Shown here: positions 1-13,422 of the stretch, piece after piece
Numbering within the stretch: the stretch's first letter is position 1
How the letters are laid out: each line of letters begins with the position of its first letter
DNA from: Cirrosporium novae-zelandiae
Taxonomy: Eukaryota
DNA: 64,000 nt
Direction: 5' to 3'
NCBI GenBank assembly: GCA_026023565.1
Contig: JAPETS010000008.1
Coordinates: 62,001 to 126,000 of the forward strand
The notes under the pieces: generated by a model
The model's input: the letters and a program-made list of their open reading frames with translations, nothing else
The model's database searches: none
Told to the model about the DNA's origin: nothing
Program-made: the position numbers and the translations under genes

Positions 1-977
1 GGAAATATGGGTTGGTTGGTTGGTTGGTTGGCTTGATCGGCCAGCTAATTCAGTTTGAATGGCTATCCTCCTTTCCTTTCCTTTCCGTTTCATAGCCCTG
101 GCTCTACATATAGCTTATCCATTATCCATTATATTATACATGGCATAATTTACGACTGACGATTCAACAACTTAAACGAAAAATAAAATAAAAAAAATAA
201 AATAAAATCCTAATTCTTTCTATAATCCTACATTATATATTATTTTTCTAAAAGTCTATATGTATATTGTGTCGAATTGAATCGAATTGAATCCCTCTCT
301 CTATCGTTATTGTATTCCCTCGTTCCCCCATCCTTACCTAAGGAAAGGGCGGGGAGGATGTGAAGTTTGCTGTTTTATCGAACTTCTCTTTGACTTACTT
401 GATATATAGTACTTTGCCGCTGTGTCAATTGATAGCGAATTGTGGGTTTATTGTTTGGGGGGTGGATTTAAATAGCTTGCATGGCTGGTTAGATGGATGG
501 ATAAATGGATGGATTGGTCGCTTGGACGCTTGGACACAAAAATGGTTTGGAGGAATTGTTGAGAAGTATTCGTGAAATAAAGGTTGGGTGGGTAATGTTG
601 CTCCAGCCATGTATGAGCGACTTTTCTTGTTCCATTATGTAGATATAGGATCGAGGTATCACGGGTCCCTGGTGAAGGCGCTGGAACTTGAAGTTGAAGA
701 GGGCTGCAAGAATGAAATCGGTTGGTGGTCACTTTGCTGGATTTGAAGTCGCAGTTTATAACATCTTGTTTGAGCCGATAGACATGGGGTAATTTTTATT
801 TCGAAATGCCTGGTAGTAAATTTCAGGTTCAGCTGGCACTTGATAAGGTAGTGAGCACTAACAGATACCTGTCTGCAGCATATGAGATGTGTAGTTGCGA
901 TATAGGAAGGAAAACAATAATCCTTCGTACGGTTCATACCCGTGTTGGCGATTTGTTGCCTTGCATTGTATTCGCTG

Positions 978-3243
978 TTATATATTTGGCTCCCAGAGCA
1001 GGGCGTCATAGTCAGCACCTGTCACTGAATTTGTCCATAGATAGCTCAAATCGGTCATGTCAAGGTTCTCGAACCCTCTGAAGTTGAAGTCTGCTTCCAT
1101 TGGGTCAATGTAGCTGTTGTTGCTACCGACAAAGTTAATGGTATCATTGCTAGTCGTCATAGGTGCTGCTGGCCCTACTCCACCTTGGTTGATTTGATTT
1201 AGATGTGTGTTAAGGCCGAATTTCCCCTGAGTATTGTTGTTTTCAAATCCCGTTTTCGATCTCTCACCATTGTCCTTTAGTTGTTGGTTGAGACTATTCC
1301 TATCAAATGCCCTCTTCATCCCACTAGCACTTGTGTTCTTTTCTTCCCCTCTTATTGACTCTTCAGCTAAATCCGCCACTTTTTGAATCGCACGACTGCT
1401 GATGACCATTGGACCTTCGCCAGGAAGATGTTGGAAACATCGAAGACCTTCAGAAACACCGTCTAGACTTATTTTACACCGGGCGCGGTCTTCAGGGGCG
1501 CGGAATACATCGAAGAGAAGGGCCATGCAGGCACCTTCAAGAAAAAAACCACTGTACATCATGCGCTGAACGACGCCGAAATATTAGTAGGTATGATCAT
1601 TTTTTCTGGGCTGGAGAACCTACACGAATAAATGGCAGTCTCTCAAGCGCCTTAGAAAACATATATATAGAGTTTGATGCAGCCTGGCTACAGGTACAGC
1701 AGCCTTCGTCTAGCCATGGTAACGGCTGCACACGGACATCAGAGGCTATTGAAGATGCTGCTATATTTTTTCGTCGACGGATAGAGTCAATTATGAGACA
1801 TGGTCGGTAAGCTAATGTTAAAGTGTGAAAATAATCTAGAGGTGTCCTATTAGTTCTCCACCTTAAATATGATTACAATGGGAACTCACGAAAGGCTAGA
1901 ACGACTGTGCGATTGGTCAATGGAAATTCTGGATCCTGTAATTCTTCTTTAGTTAATGGAAACTTTAGAGGCTTTTCAAGATCTTGATGGAAATGTGCCA
2001 TCTCTTCCTGTATAGATTGAATAGTCTTCCACAAATTAGCCACTGGCCCACTTTGAGGTGCATAGACTTCCGCATGCACACGGTGAGCAATTTTAGCAAG
2101 ATGCACCATCGCACGAAGAGGGGAGCCATCGATGGGGTAAGGAATATCAATGTCTCCGTCATTTAAGGTAGCCGGTCTTCCGATGAAAAGACAATTTGTC
2201 CGTTCGTATGAGTAGATACACCAAAACGTGGATCTGCGCTCTCGTATAAGTTGTTGATCCAATTCAGATTCAATTCCCTGGTTTCGTGTATGGGAAATGG
2301 TATGACGATGGAGACCACCAGCTAAAGACTTGAATATTGCTTTTCCACAAAGCAGGTAACCAGCATTTGGCCTTCCACTAAGAGATTGAAATTCCGCGAG
2401 CAGCATCAAAATTTGAACGCTTCGTAGGTTTACCACGTCTTGTGAGCCTCCAATTGCTGACTGCGTCCAAGTATACAATGATTTGGCCCATTTAATCTCG
2501 GATCTAAGCAACGCTCCGATAGCGAGAACAATGAGTGCCAAGGCAGAATCCAGGTTGTGCGAGTGCTTAGAAGTATCTTTGTATAAACCGTGAACTAGAT
2601 ATGACAGCATTTCTGGGTCACAGAATGGCAATACATGTTGTGTTACGGACAGGTATGTCTCCAGGAACTCGTCGGCTAACTCAACTGGGAGGAATGAGGC
2701 CCAGTATTCGCCGTAGAACCTATATGAAGATGAAGCCATCATTCCATCCGACTCTTTACCGAAGAATATGCTTCTCATTCCAAATTCGCTTATGGCTTCA
2801 ACGGATATGGTGTCACCCCCCTGAGCTGCTGAGCTCTGGCGGAATACTTCGCTCTCAATAATAAGAGAATGAAGCTGCTGCAAGAATGAGAAGTTCGAAG
2901 AAGGTCCATACTGAAGTTGTGTGGTTGAACAAGCTGAAGCATCAGTGCCTGTGATGCTTCGGTACACTTGTTGACTCAGAGGGTTCGCTGAATTGCTTCC
3001 ATCCACTATCTCTGTAGCCTTTCCGGTCTTCTCTTTTCTGCCCCTCCTGTGTTTCCCAGGGGTGCAGCTGAGACCACGGCTAAGACATTTATCACAGGGG
3101 CTATCGCCATTGCATTTGACTTTCCTTTTTCGACATGAGGCACAGGCAGTGCGAGTTCGGAGAATTGGTGGAATAAGGACGGGACCAGACTTGGAGGGAA
3201 GAGGTGGAGAAGGCTGTTTGGTATCATCCCTTTGCCTCTTCAT
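978..3243 (-). CDS. Zn(II)2Cys6 fungal transcription factor with middle-homology (Fungal_trans) region; 3 exons (3243-1890, 1835-1624, 1565-978)
   Basis: ACASCRKRKVKCNGDSPCDKCLSRGLSC binuclear cluster; RERRSTFWCIYSYER..IGRP motif. GT-AG introns 1889-1836 and 1623-1566 restore one frame (AFHYFHTLTLAYRPCLI ... RMMYSGF). Confidence 0.93.
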
Positions 3244-3597
3244 GATTAAAGTGACAATTAAATGAAACAGATGTAGAGGGGAATTGAGAGGCACTACATT
3301 ACTACACAATAGCCCCTCGTAATGATAGACTAGTCATGTAAATTTCGTGTTAAACCTGGCGCGTCGGGCTATATTTAAGACGCTAAAACTAAATTGTCAT
3401 AGTTTCTTTAGTTAAATATTACTTCGTCACCACCACATATCACTTCAACTAACCACCCACCCCAATTCAATCATGATGACTGTTGCCTGGTCCATTTACA
3501 TGACGCCCGCTATGTCACCATCTCTCAAATCTATCCGTCAATGCTTAGTCCTGGCAGACTAATCCGTCAAAGTTAGAGCCTCGAATGCTCTGGATTT

Positions 3598-3736
3598 CGG
3601 TCCGGCGGAATAGGGCTAGTAGCCCTCGACCGTTTTTGCTCAATTAGGAAATGAACTTACTCAACAGCTTTGATATCTAAACTAGATTGGAAGATAACGA
3701 AAGAGAAAATGGCGCATAGGGTTGAGCCCTATTCCG
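3598..3736. promoter_or_regulatory. Candidate Zn2Cys6 binding sites in the shared divergent promoter
   Basis: CGGAATAGGGCT at 3606-3617 (+) and the same 12-mer on the minus strand at 3725-3736; further CGG triplets at 3598-3608; local inverted repeat AGGGCTA-G-TAGCCCT at 3612-3626. Confidence 0.45.
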
Positions 3737-3945
3737 TAGGGTCAGCATCGAGCATCAATGGGATAACATATTGCTTCTAGCTCTTTATGGAGATATAATA
3801 CATAAACCTCTTCTTCTCCTCGATCAGAATGGATTGATTTCTTTGATTTTCTCAAACTTATATTCCTTATCTTTTTGGTCTTTCTCTTATTCTCGACTTT
3901 ATTGCTACTATTATTTATTTTCTGTCAGTCTAATTGAGATTCAAG

Positions 3946-6900
3946 ATGGAGGATCAGCATGACAACGAGCACATATGGGGAGAAGAGCTTCATACGAATG
4001 TTGATGCTGGTATCAGTGCCTTGGCAGAACTTGAAAGGAAGGAATCCATTCGTCGGTACTCTTTATCTAGAGAGAAGTCTAGAGGATGGAGTTATGAACG
4101 ATGGCTGCAGGAGCAAGAAGACAAGAAGTCGCAACTCAATTTAGAAAAGAAGCAGTTGACCTTGACATGGCGCAATGTCTGCGTCACTGGTGTTGACTCA
4201 ACGGCGATTCTAGGAGACAATTTCTTGTCTGTCATAAACCCGGTTGATATCTATCGACAACGGAGAGGTCCTACACAGGAGAAAGTAATAGTCTTTGAGA
4301 TCCACGGTGTTTTACAACATAAAGCTAACGGTAGCAACTGGCAGGTAATCTTAAAACGCACAAGTGGACAGTTAAAACCTGGAGAAATGGTAAGATGGCT
4401 CTTTTCCTTAAGTTCCTCTAACTATTATATGTTGACAATATCTTTCCAGTTGCTTGTCTTGGGTCGCCCCGGATCTGGCTGTACTAGCTTCCTAAAAGCT
4501 ATGGCAAACAAGCGATCGGGGTTTAAAAGGGTGACAGGAGATGTCTTCTATGGCACCATGGGGCCCAAGGAAGCACAAAAGTACCGTGGAACTATACTTT
4601 ACAATAGCGAAGGTATCCAGCTTACCCCTTTAGATATTCCTCTAACTTCATGGACTGTACAAGCTAATAATATTCAATTAACGTCTAGAGGACATCCACT
4701 TTCCGACTCTAACAGTATTTCAAACCCTAAAGTTTGCAATCGCAAACAAGGTTCCAAGACAATACATCCATAACGGCCTCAAGTCAGAATACATTAAGGA
4801 CTGGCTGACTGCGACCTTGAAAGCGCTTGGTATCCAACACACAAAGAATACCGTGGTTGGAGATGAGGTCATCCGTGGTGTGTCTGGAGGAGAACGAAAA
4901 CGCGTCTCTCTTGGAGAAGTGATTGCAGCTCAGGTACGAATTTGCCGACCACTAGACAGTGACCCCGTGAATTTCCAATCTAATACATATTTTTCTTCTA
5001 GGGTTCAATTGTGTGTTGGGACAATTCAACACGAGGTCTTGATGCGAGTACTGCAGTGGATTTTGTTCGATCGCTGCGAGCTATTGCGGATACGTCACAG
5101 GTGACCAGCATAACTACCCTATACCAGGCCGGAAATGGTATCTTGGAACTATTCGACAAGGTGCTGGTTCTGGATTCTGGTCGCCAGATTTACTATGGCC
5201 CTAGAAGTTTGGCCAAGGAATACTTTGAGGGCCTAGGGTTTGTTTGTCCACGCGGAGCAAATATCGCGGACTTCTTTACCTCTCTCACTACTGTTCATGA
5301 GCGTATAGTTAAACCTGGCCATGAAGACTCCGCTCCCACTACAGCCGAGGAGTTTGAAAAGATATATTTCGAGAGTGAGATTGCACGTCAGATGGAGAAA
5401 GAAATAATTGCAGTGCAATCATTTGCAGATCTCACGTCGAGGCTGAAAAAAGCTGTTGAGGCAGAACAACCTAAACGGAAAACTCCACTACAAGGACCAT
5501 ATACGGTTGGATTAGCTGGCCAAATCTATGCTTGTCTCATAAGGTTAGTTGCTTCTTTCTTGTCCTAATAATGCTAACATGTGGTGAAGACAAATACAAA
5601 TTTACTTTGGCGATAAAGCATCACTGGCAATGACACAGACATCGGCTGCTGTTCAAGCGCTCATTACGGGCAGTCTATTCTATAACTTGTCAGATACTAG
5701 TTCGTCAATATTCACACGTCCTGGTGCTGTCTTCTTCCCCCTCCTATTCTTCAATCTTCAATCATTGAGTGAGGTAAATGCCTCGTTCATGGGTCGTGAA
5801 ATTCTTGCCAAACAGAGGGATTTTGGTCTTTACCGTCCAATATCATTCACTATCGCTTGCATGCTTGCAGACATTCCTCGAGCATTAATGCAAGTATCCA
5901 TCTTCAGCATTATCTATTATTTCATGGTAGACTTTCAAATGGACGTCGGGAAGTTCTTCACTTTCTGGCTGTTACTCATTATATCTCTCTTGGATTTTGT
6001 ATCTGTATATCGGTTGATTGGATCATTGTTCAAGAAATTCGATAATGCAGCAATGGCCAGTGGATTTGCCTCGATGAGTACGTAACCAGAGATTGTTTTA
6101 TTTCGTGGATTGCCGCTAACTTACCTTCAAGTCATGATGATATATGTGGGCTTTATGATTCCATTCCAGAAAATGCATGTCTGGTTTCGATGGATATTCT
6201 GGATAGATCCTGCTGGCTACGCCTATGAGGCTTTGATGGCAAACGAATATGGTGGTTTGACGCTCGACTGTGTAGGGTCAACACTGGTACCTAATGGTGA
6301 TGGTTATACCAGCCAGATAAACAAAGCTTGCGCTGCTAGTGGAGCTACAGCAGATGGTCGAAAAATCCTAGGGCCAGATTATCTTCAACAAGAATTCGAC
6401 TACTCCACCCACCACCTATGGCGAAACGTTGGCATTCTCTGTGCATTTTGGGTATTTTATACTGCTATAACCGCAATCTCCCTTGAACTCCATCGTGGTG
6501 GGAACGAAAAAAGCTCTGCTCTGGTATACAAAAGGTCTAATACCACGACTAAAGCCCTACTCAGCACATACGATGAAGAAGGAGCTGGAGCAGATAAGAC
6601 AGTACAAGGTTCTGACATATCGAGTATGGAAGACGAGAAGCAGGGATCAAAACTTATGCAAAACGAAGCAATCTTCACGTGGGAGCATCTCGACTACACA
6701 GTGTCTGTTATGGGAGGTCATCGTAAGCTCTTGGATGATGTAATGGGGTGGGTTAAACCTGGACAACTTGGTGCTCTTATGGGAAGCTCGGGAGCTGGGA
6801 AAACAACCCTTCTTGATGTATTAGCTCAACGCAAAGACGTCGGTGTTCTCGAAGGTTCAATCCTAGTTGATGGTCGCCCTCTTCCAAAAAGCTTTCAGCG

Positions 6901-8566
6901 ATCCACTGGCTACTGTGAGCAAATGGATGTACATGAATCAACGGCTACTGTACGAGAGGCTTTGGAATTCTCAGCACGACTACGTCAGCCCAGTTCGACC
7001 CCCGAAAAAGAAAAGATGGAATATATCGACACTATTGTTGACTTATTAGAGCTCCAAGATATTCAAAACGCGATAATCGGCACTCCAGGGACTGGACTTT
7101 CCGTTGAACAGAGAAAACGCCTTACGATTGGAGTCGAACTTGCTGCCAAGCCTTCCATTCTCCTATTCCTGGACGAACCGACAAGTGGTCTTGATGGCCA
7201 ATCTGCCTTTAATGTCGTTCGTTTTCTGCGTAGACTCACTGCTGCCGGCCAAGCCATCCTGTGCACTATCCACCAACCATCGGCAGCGCTCTTCGAAGCC
7301 TTCGACTCTCTACTTCTCCTCAGCAAAGGCGGAAAGACTACTTATTTTGGCGAGACTGGCAAAGACTCAGCAATTGTCTTGGATTACTTCGCTCGCAATG
7401 GTGCACCTTGCGGGGGAAATGTTAATCCAGCCGAGCACATTGTTGATGTAGTATCTGGCCAATCCGGAAATGGAGTGGATTGGAACAAAATATGGCTGGA
7501 GTCCCCAGAGTACCATGCCGTCGTCTCAGAACTTGCTCGACTTAAAGAAGAAGCTCTGTCCAAACCATCCACTGTCATCAGTGACGGGTCCGATTTTGCA
7601 ACATCCCTCTCTACCCAACTTCGCCTCCTCATCCACCGTCAGCAAGTTGTCATCTGGCGTAGTCCTTCTTATACCTGGATGAAATTAATCCTTCACGTCG
7701 TCCAAGCGCTCTTTTCAGGTTTCACTTTCTGGTCTATCGGGACCCATGTTTTTGACCTGAAGCTTCGTCTTTATGCCGTCTTCAATTTCCTATTCATAGC
7801 CCCTGGCATGATGAATCAAATGCAGCCCTTCTTCCTACACGCCCGGTCCATCTTCGAAACCCGAGAGCGCAAATCCAAAACATACAAATGGCAAGCCTTC
7901 ATCATCGCGCAGGTTGTAGCAGAACTCCCCTACCTTCTCCTCTGCGGCACAGTATATTTCTGCTGCTGGTACTTCACTTGCGGGTTCCCCGTCAAGTCCA
8001 GCACATCCGGCCAGATCTACATTACCATGCTATTCTATGAGTTTCTATATACTGCCATCGGCCAGGCCATTGCAGCAGTTTCCCCCAACGAGTTTTTCGC
8101 ATCGTTACTTAACCCAGTCGTCATGGGGGCCTTCCTGATAAACTTCGCCGGCATATTCGTACCCTATGAATCCCTATCCGCATTTTGGAAATATTGGATG
8201 TATTATCTCGACCCTTTCAACTATTTAGTCGGGGGCCTTCTAACCCAACTCCTCTACGACGCCGAGGTCACCTGCGCCGCCGACGAGTTTATCACCATCA
8301 CGCCTCCCGCCAACCAAACATGCGCCGAGTACATGTCTTCATACCTGAAAACCGGAACCGGATACGTCGTTGCCGACAACAATACATGCCAGTACTGCCA
8401 ATACTCCTCGGGAGCCGAGTATGCACAGGGTTTCAACTACAACTCAAGATCCTATGGTTGGCGGGACACGGGCATCACGGCCCTATTCTGTGTTTCCACT
8501 TATGGGTTCGTATGTTTAATGATGATGGTGAGAAGTCACCAGTCCAAGAAAGCGCTCGCGCACTAG
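3946..8566 (+). CDS. Full-size PDR/ABCG-family ABC transporter (NBD-TMD)2; introns 4285-4344, 4390-4449, 4613-4688, ~4933-5001, 5544-5589, 6078-6131
   Basis: NBD1 degenerate Walker A GRPGSGCTS, signature VSGGERKRVS, CWDNSTRGLD; NBD2 GSSGAGKTTLL, LSVEQRKRLTIGVEL, LFLDEPTSGLD; PDR_CDR loop (YEALMANEY, WRNVGIL). Confidence 0.97.
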
Positions 8567-9882
8567 AACAGACATGATGGGAAACGAAAGTTCCATCGAA
8601 AAACTACTTTTACCTAAAAAAAAATAGGTTTTCATAGTGAGGGGGGGGGGTTGGGTAATGATGGTTCATTTTTATTGTCCGCATGTCACACCTTTAGGTT
8701 GTGGCGGACATAGGGGGGGAGTTTCGGAGTCCATCTTCCCTGGCTTTCGATGTCCTTATTCCCTTTTTACTTTTCCTTTCAAGCCTCGGAAAGAAAAAAT
8801 CCGTGGTGCTTTTAGATAAACTTTCCTTTTTTCTCTCCTTCGGTGCTCAATGAATGGTGGTGATCGGGTTCAACCTCCACCACTATCCCTACTTCAAAAA
8901 CCCCTTAACATATACATATTTTAATCAGTTAACCCCTTTTATAAAACCACAGATAATAGATATATAGATTAGATATACCCCTCATATAAATAAAAATAGA
9001 CAATAGACAATAAAATTTATATCTAGGTAATTATGATATTCTCGGTACAGGTATACTCACTCCCTCCACTCCCCTACTCCCCACCCCTTACCACCCCATC
9101 TCTCCTCATCATCATTATCATATTTCATAACTCACAACCACGCACGGATAACCACTCATGTTACCGTTTCAAAGACAACCAGATAAAAAACCCTCTATCA
9201 ACTAACTCTAAACCCCCAAGCACCCACTCACTCACCAAAGGCAACCGGATAAAACTCCTCAACCCTCAAACCCCGATCAACCAACTCTGAACACCCACCC
9301 ACAGGCACAAAACAAAAACACAGATACGTCCCTAATTCCATCACCGAATCCAAATAACAACACCCAAAAAGAAAACCAAAAAACGAACTCTGAAACCACA
9401 CCCAAGATCTTACACAAGGTCTCTTTCTTCTTTAACCTTTCAACCCCTCGTTCTCTCTATCACGATTAAAAAAAAATCTCGAGAATCCCGCCCGCTCATG
9501 AAATAAAAGCCTATACTTATTTAATACTTAATACCCAAACCCAAATCCTCAAACCCAGCCTATGTGTATTTAAATCTCGAGGTTTTCCCTCTACCTCTCC
9601 CTTCTCCCTTCAGTTCGAGTTTTTTTTTCTGTGTGGGTTTAAACAACGACAGATTTTCGGTAGTGATAAGTAAGTATGTGTAGTGCTCCCCTTCCCTTCT
9701 CCTCCTAAGTATTTTCTTCGATTTGTTCTTACACAAGGACACAGGATAGACACTATATCCACACACAAACAAACAAACAAACAAACACAAGGAGCAAGTT
9801 ATATAAAAACTACATCACCCAACCCACCTACCTATCCACCATCCACCCAACCTACCAGCAACGACAACAACAACAAATCACA

Positions 9883-10714
9883 ATGGCCGGCTTTACCAAC
9901 ACCACCCCCACCAACAAAAACAACACTGACGACAGCCTTATTGACCATTTCTCTAGTTTCAGGAGAAAATTATCCATTTCATGCACCAGTAACGAATTAG
10001 AAACGTGTTCAAAGGCGGCTATGGTGATTGTGGTTCAAAACATGCTTCGAGAGATTGGGACATTGAAGGGGGAGATGAAGATGTTGAAGCTGGAGTTGGA
10101 GGCGATGAAGGTGGGCTTTCCTTAGCTATTATGGGTGTTTGTTATTGTTGTTGTTGTTCTTGGTGGCTTTGCTTGCTTGCTTGGTATTGTTGTTCTTGGT
10201 ATCGATTTTGTATGACTTTGCTTGGGTTTTTTTTGTATCGCATTGGATTTTGCATAGGCTAGTGCTAGTTTTTTTTTAATTCTGAGGAGTCTTTTTTGAT
10301 TATCCTTGTTTTGTTTATGTTGATGTTGATGTTGATGATGATGATGAGGAGGATGAGGCTTTCACTAACGGCTATTTTCAGCAGGAGCAACAGAAAAACC
10401 AAGCAGAAAAAAATCATCCAGCCCGTCGTGACCAATTGTTTGAGGGCTATATCCACCAGTACATCAACCCTCCAAGTCCTAAACTTTCGCGGGGAGAACA
10501 ATCGACGTCAAGCACCACCACCGAGCATTATCTGGTCGCCAAAACAACCGCTCTTTCCTGGGATTCAAGGTCATCCTTTTATTCGCAGGACACTGAGGTT
10601 GCGGTGGGGAGCCTCCCTAAGGCCCAGAGTGGGCTCTATGAATATGGTGCCAATAAAGAAGCTGTGCCTTTGTTCGATGAGCATTTGCCGGCTGGTCCTA
10701 CTACTCGCTTCTAG
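9883..10714 (+). CDS. Orphan ~186-aa protein with a predicted coiled coil; exons 9883-10110 and 10382-10714
   Basis: TATA-like TATATAAAA near 9800, CAA-rich leader and CACAATGG start context. Donor AAG|GTGGGC at 10111 and branch/acceptor CACTAAC..TTTTCAG at 10381 join the two short ORFs in phase 0 (LELEAMK-QEQQKNQAEK). Confidence 0.6.
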
Positions 10715-11233
10715 AGTTTCTATGGTGCAGGAGTTCGTTACGGGGAACTAGGCGCTGAAGTATGCTACGGCCACTATGCTTCCATCTCTGGGTTCTAGTG
10801 TTGGATTGAGTGCAGGCGTTTATACCAGAAGTGCTTGGCCAGGGTTGTGATACTCTTCTTTTCAAAATTGGTGTTTGATAAACAGTATGAGATTATCCCT
10901 GCTCGTCATTGTTAGCGATTTGATGTTAATACCAAGAAAATCCCCGACATACTAGATTGTATATGAATATTACTGCGCCTCCGTAATGGCCAGGGTGTCA
11001 ATTCCCCTCTCCATATTCCCTCTCTTAAATATCTCTCTAGCCTAGCGGTATCCCTCAGTACAGCTAACATCAGGAATATTGCCATGTCGGCTGTTGTTTC
11101 TGAAACTGCGTTTCTGGTGTTGCAGAAATAGATTCCGTTACGAGTCTAACCTTTTAAGAAACCCGAACCCGTGTGTAGGGATGCAAGGAAAGACCATTCA
11201 AGATATTCAATGACCAGGGGTGGCTATGAATAA

Positions 11234-13422
11234 CTATATGTGCCCAAATATTTCCATTTCGTCCTCGTCATCGTCTACTTCTGAATCTTCCTCGGGAACA
11301 TCTTCCATGTCAGAATCACTTTCCTCGTCCTCAGACTCGTCTTGGCTATCTTCTGTGGGGGATGTAGGGCTTTTCGGACTTTCACCACCCCAAAAGTTCA
11401 CGTCGTCATCGTCGTCATCGTCGTCATCATTTTCGTCCATGGAGCGATCCACACCTTGAGTTATTCCTATTGCTTCCTCAAAAGGATTTATTGTTTCTGG
11501 ATGTATAGCTAGCGGCCCAACCTCAGGTAAACCACGTGTGAGTCGAACGTCTTCGGTTCCAGCAGCAGCAGCGGTCAGAAATGGGATTTCGTGGCCATCA
11601 GGTACAGAGGGCCCAGCGGTGGAGGGCTCGGGTAAACGTCTTTGGGAGTTTTGGGAAGGAACTTGAGTCGCCGCAATTAATGCATCCGTACATTCAGTAC
11701 CCTTCATAAGTCGGAGTTTCACAGTATTATAGGACTCGCAGCTTTTTGTGATTAGCCTAATGCTTAGAATAATAAATACGAAGCTTTCTTACACATCGCA
11801 TTTGAGGCCCAGCCAATGAAACTTCACCGCACTCTTAGAGCAGCAGTCATTACAATAAACTACTGCTTTGGTGTCCTGGTATTCAGGTGGCATAGGCTGC
11901 CTCTGAATTGATCGTTCAAGGTCCCTGAATTGTAAATCCATATTCACAATACTTTTTAGGCAAGTTGGACAACGATAGTTGGTCTTTGCATAGTCAAAGA
12001 AGCATTGTTGATGGATACTATGACCGCACTTCATGAACACAACTGGCGATTGTGAGGTGAACATATATTCGCCACAAATGGGGCAATTACACTTGGTGTT
12101 TTCTACGATGCAGCGGTGGGTCTTCTCTATTGAGATTGACATGCAAACGCAGCAGGTCTGTTCATAGGTATTAGATGTCATCATTGTGATGTGGGGAGGA
12201 TTATAGGCACCTTGCAGTGAAAAAAGTCCCTCCCGAGCCCTAGACCCAGACGACAGATACCACAATCGTTGCAATGATATATACTCTTCGAGCTGTCATT
12301 GTCCCATAGCTTGCACACATCGCAATAATACCATGCCCCTTGTTCTCCACATTGCTTACAGTGATCAGATGCTGGCTGTGGGGTTCGACAAAACATACAT
12401 AACATGTTCTTCGTTTCATTTCTTTTCAGAACGTGGTCTTCGACTTCATCATGGCAAAGTCGGCACGTGTACCACCGATTGCAACTCGAACATTGTAGTT
12501 TCACATTTCTCATGTAATGTCGGCATCCAAATAATGGACCATTGTCGTCCATATCGCTGAGATTACTTTGAGAGCTAGAGGCACTATGTGTCGAATTAGT
12601 TCTTTCTCGGTTTGAAAAATAAGTTGGCTCCAAGTCCTCGTGTGTAAGGTTATAAGAGTCGAGGGGTTCATGCGGAGAGAGAATGGAGTTGGGTGTAGGC
12701 GGATACTGGGTTTGGCCATTCGACTTTAAGGAAGTGGGGGTTAATGGAGGTTCTTGACTCCGAAGGCTTGCTGGTGAGTGAGGTCGTGGAGGATGACAAC
12801 TTTGATCATGAGCATGAGATGAAATGTAGCCTTCTGTCATAATATTGTGTATTCTCCGCGCCTTTTCAGACACTGGAAGCTGAGTATCTCGAATATCCAC
12901 AATCCTTCTCCTAAGTAGAGACATCCCATCGTCGGGAGGGATTATCCTCGGGCCTCCTTCTCCTAATTCTTGACTTGATGTTTGCGTATCTTCTGAACTA
13001 TTGACCCCTAATCCTGAGAGGCTCCCAGCCCCGTTCCCATCTAAATCATTATTCGCAGCATAGCTTAGAGAAACTAGATGAGATTCCGATATCTCGACCG
13101 TATCATATTGAGGATTATTCGAAGTAAAATCGGGGCCTTCAAAGGTTGAGTCTGTATCAGGAGAATGATAGAGGGCTTCAGATTCGTTCTGCCTTTGGAG
13201 TGTCGGTTCAGGGCTAGATGAGCTGGCAGTTAAGCGGTCTTCCACACGTTCGTCTACCATGGAGGCATCCTCTCCATCAATAGCATCTGGCGCTTGACTA
13301 GACGACCGAGGAAGGCGGATTGGTCGAGGAGCACTTCGTTCGGGGTTGGATTCGGAACGGGAAAGATGACGAGCGGTCCGTACTATCGGGTCAATTAGAA
13401 AGGAGGAGATTAACGTGCTCAT
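11234..13422 (-). CDS. CHY zinc finger / RING-H2 E3 ubiquitin ligase (Pirh2/RCHY1-like) with acidic tail; introns 12210-12158 and 11792-11742
   Basis: GCRHYMRNVKLQCSSCNRWYTCRLCHD (CHY), YHCNDCGICRLG (CTCHY), CPICGEYMFTS..CGHSIH..CPTC (RING), CNDC..FHWLGLKCDVCESYNT zinc ribbon. Confidence 0.95.

Noticed and set aside
8850..8890. GGTTCAACCTCC B-box-like word within a TGGTGG..CCACCA hairpin (tRNA?)
   Set aside because: No cloverleaf or properly spaced A-box can be built.
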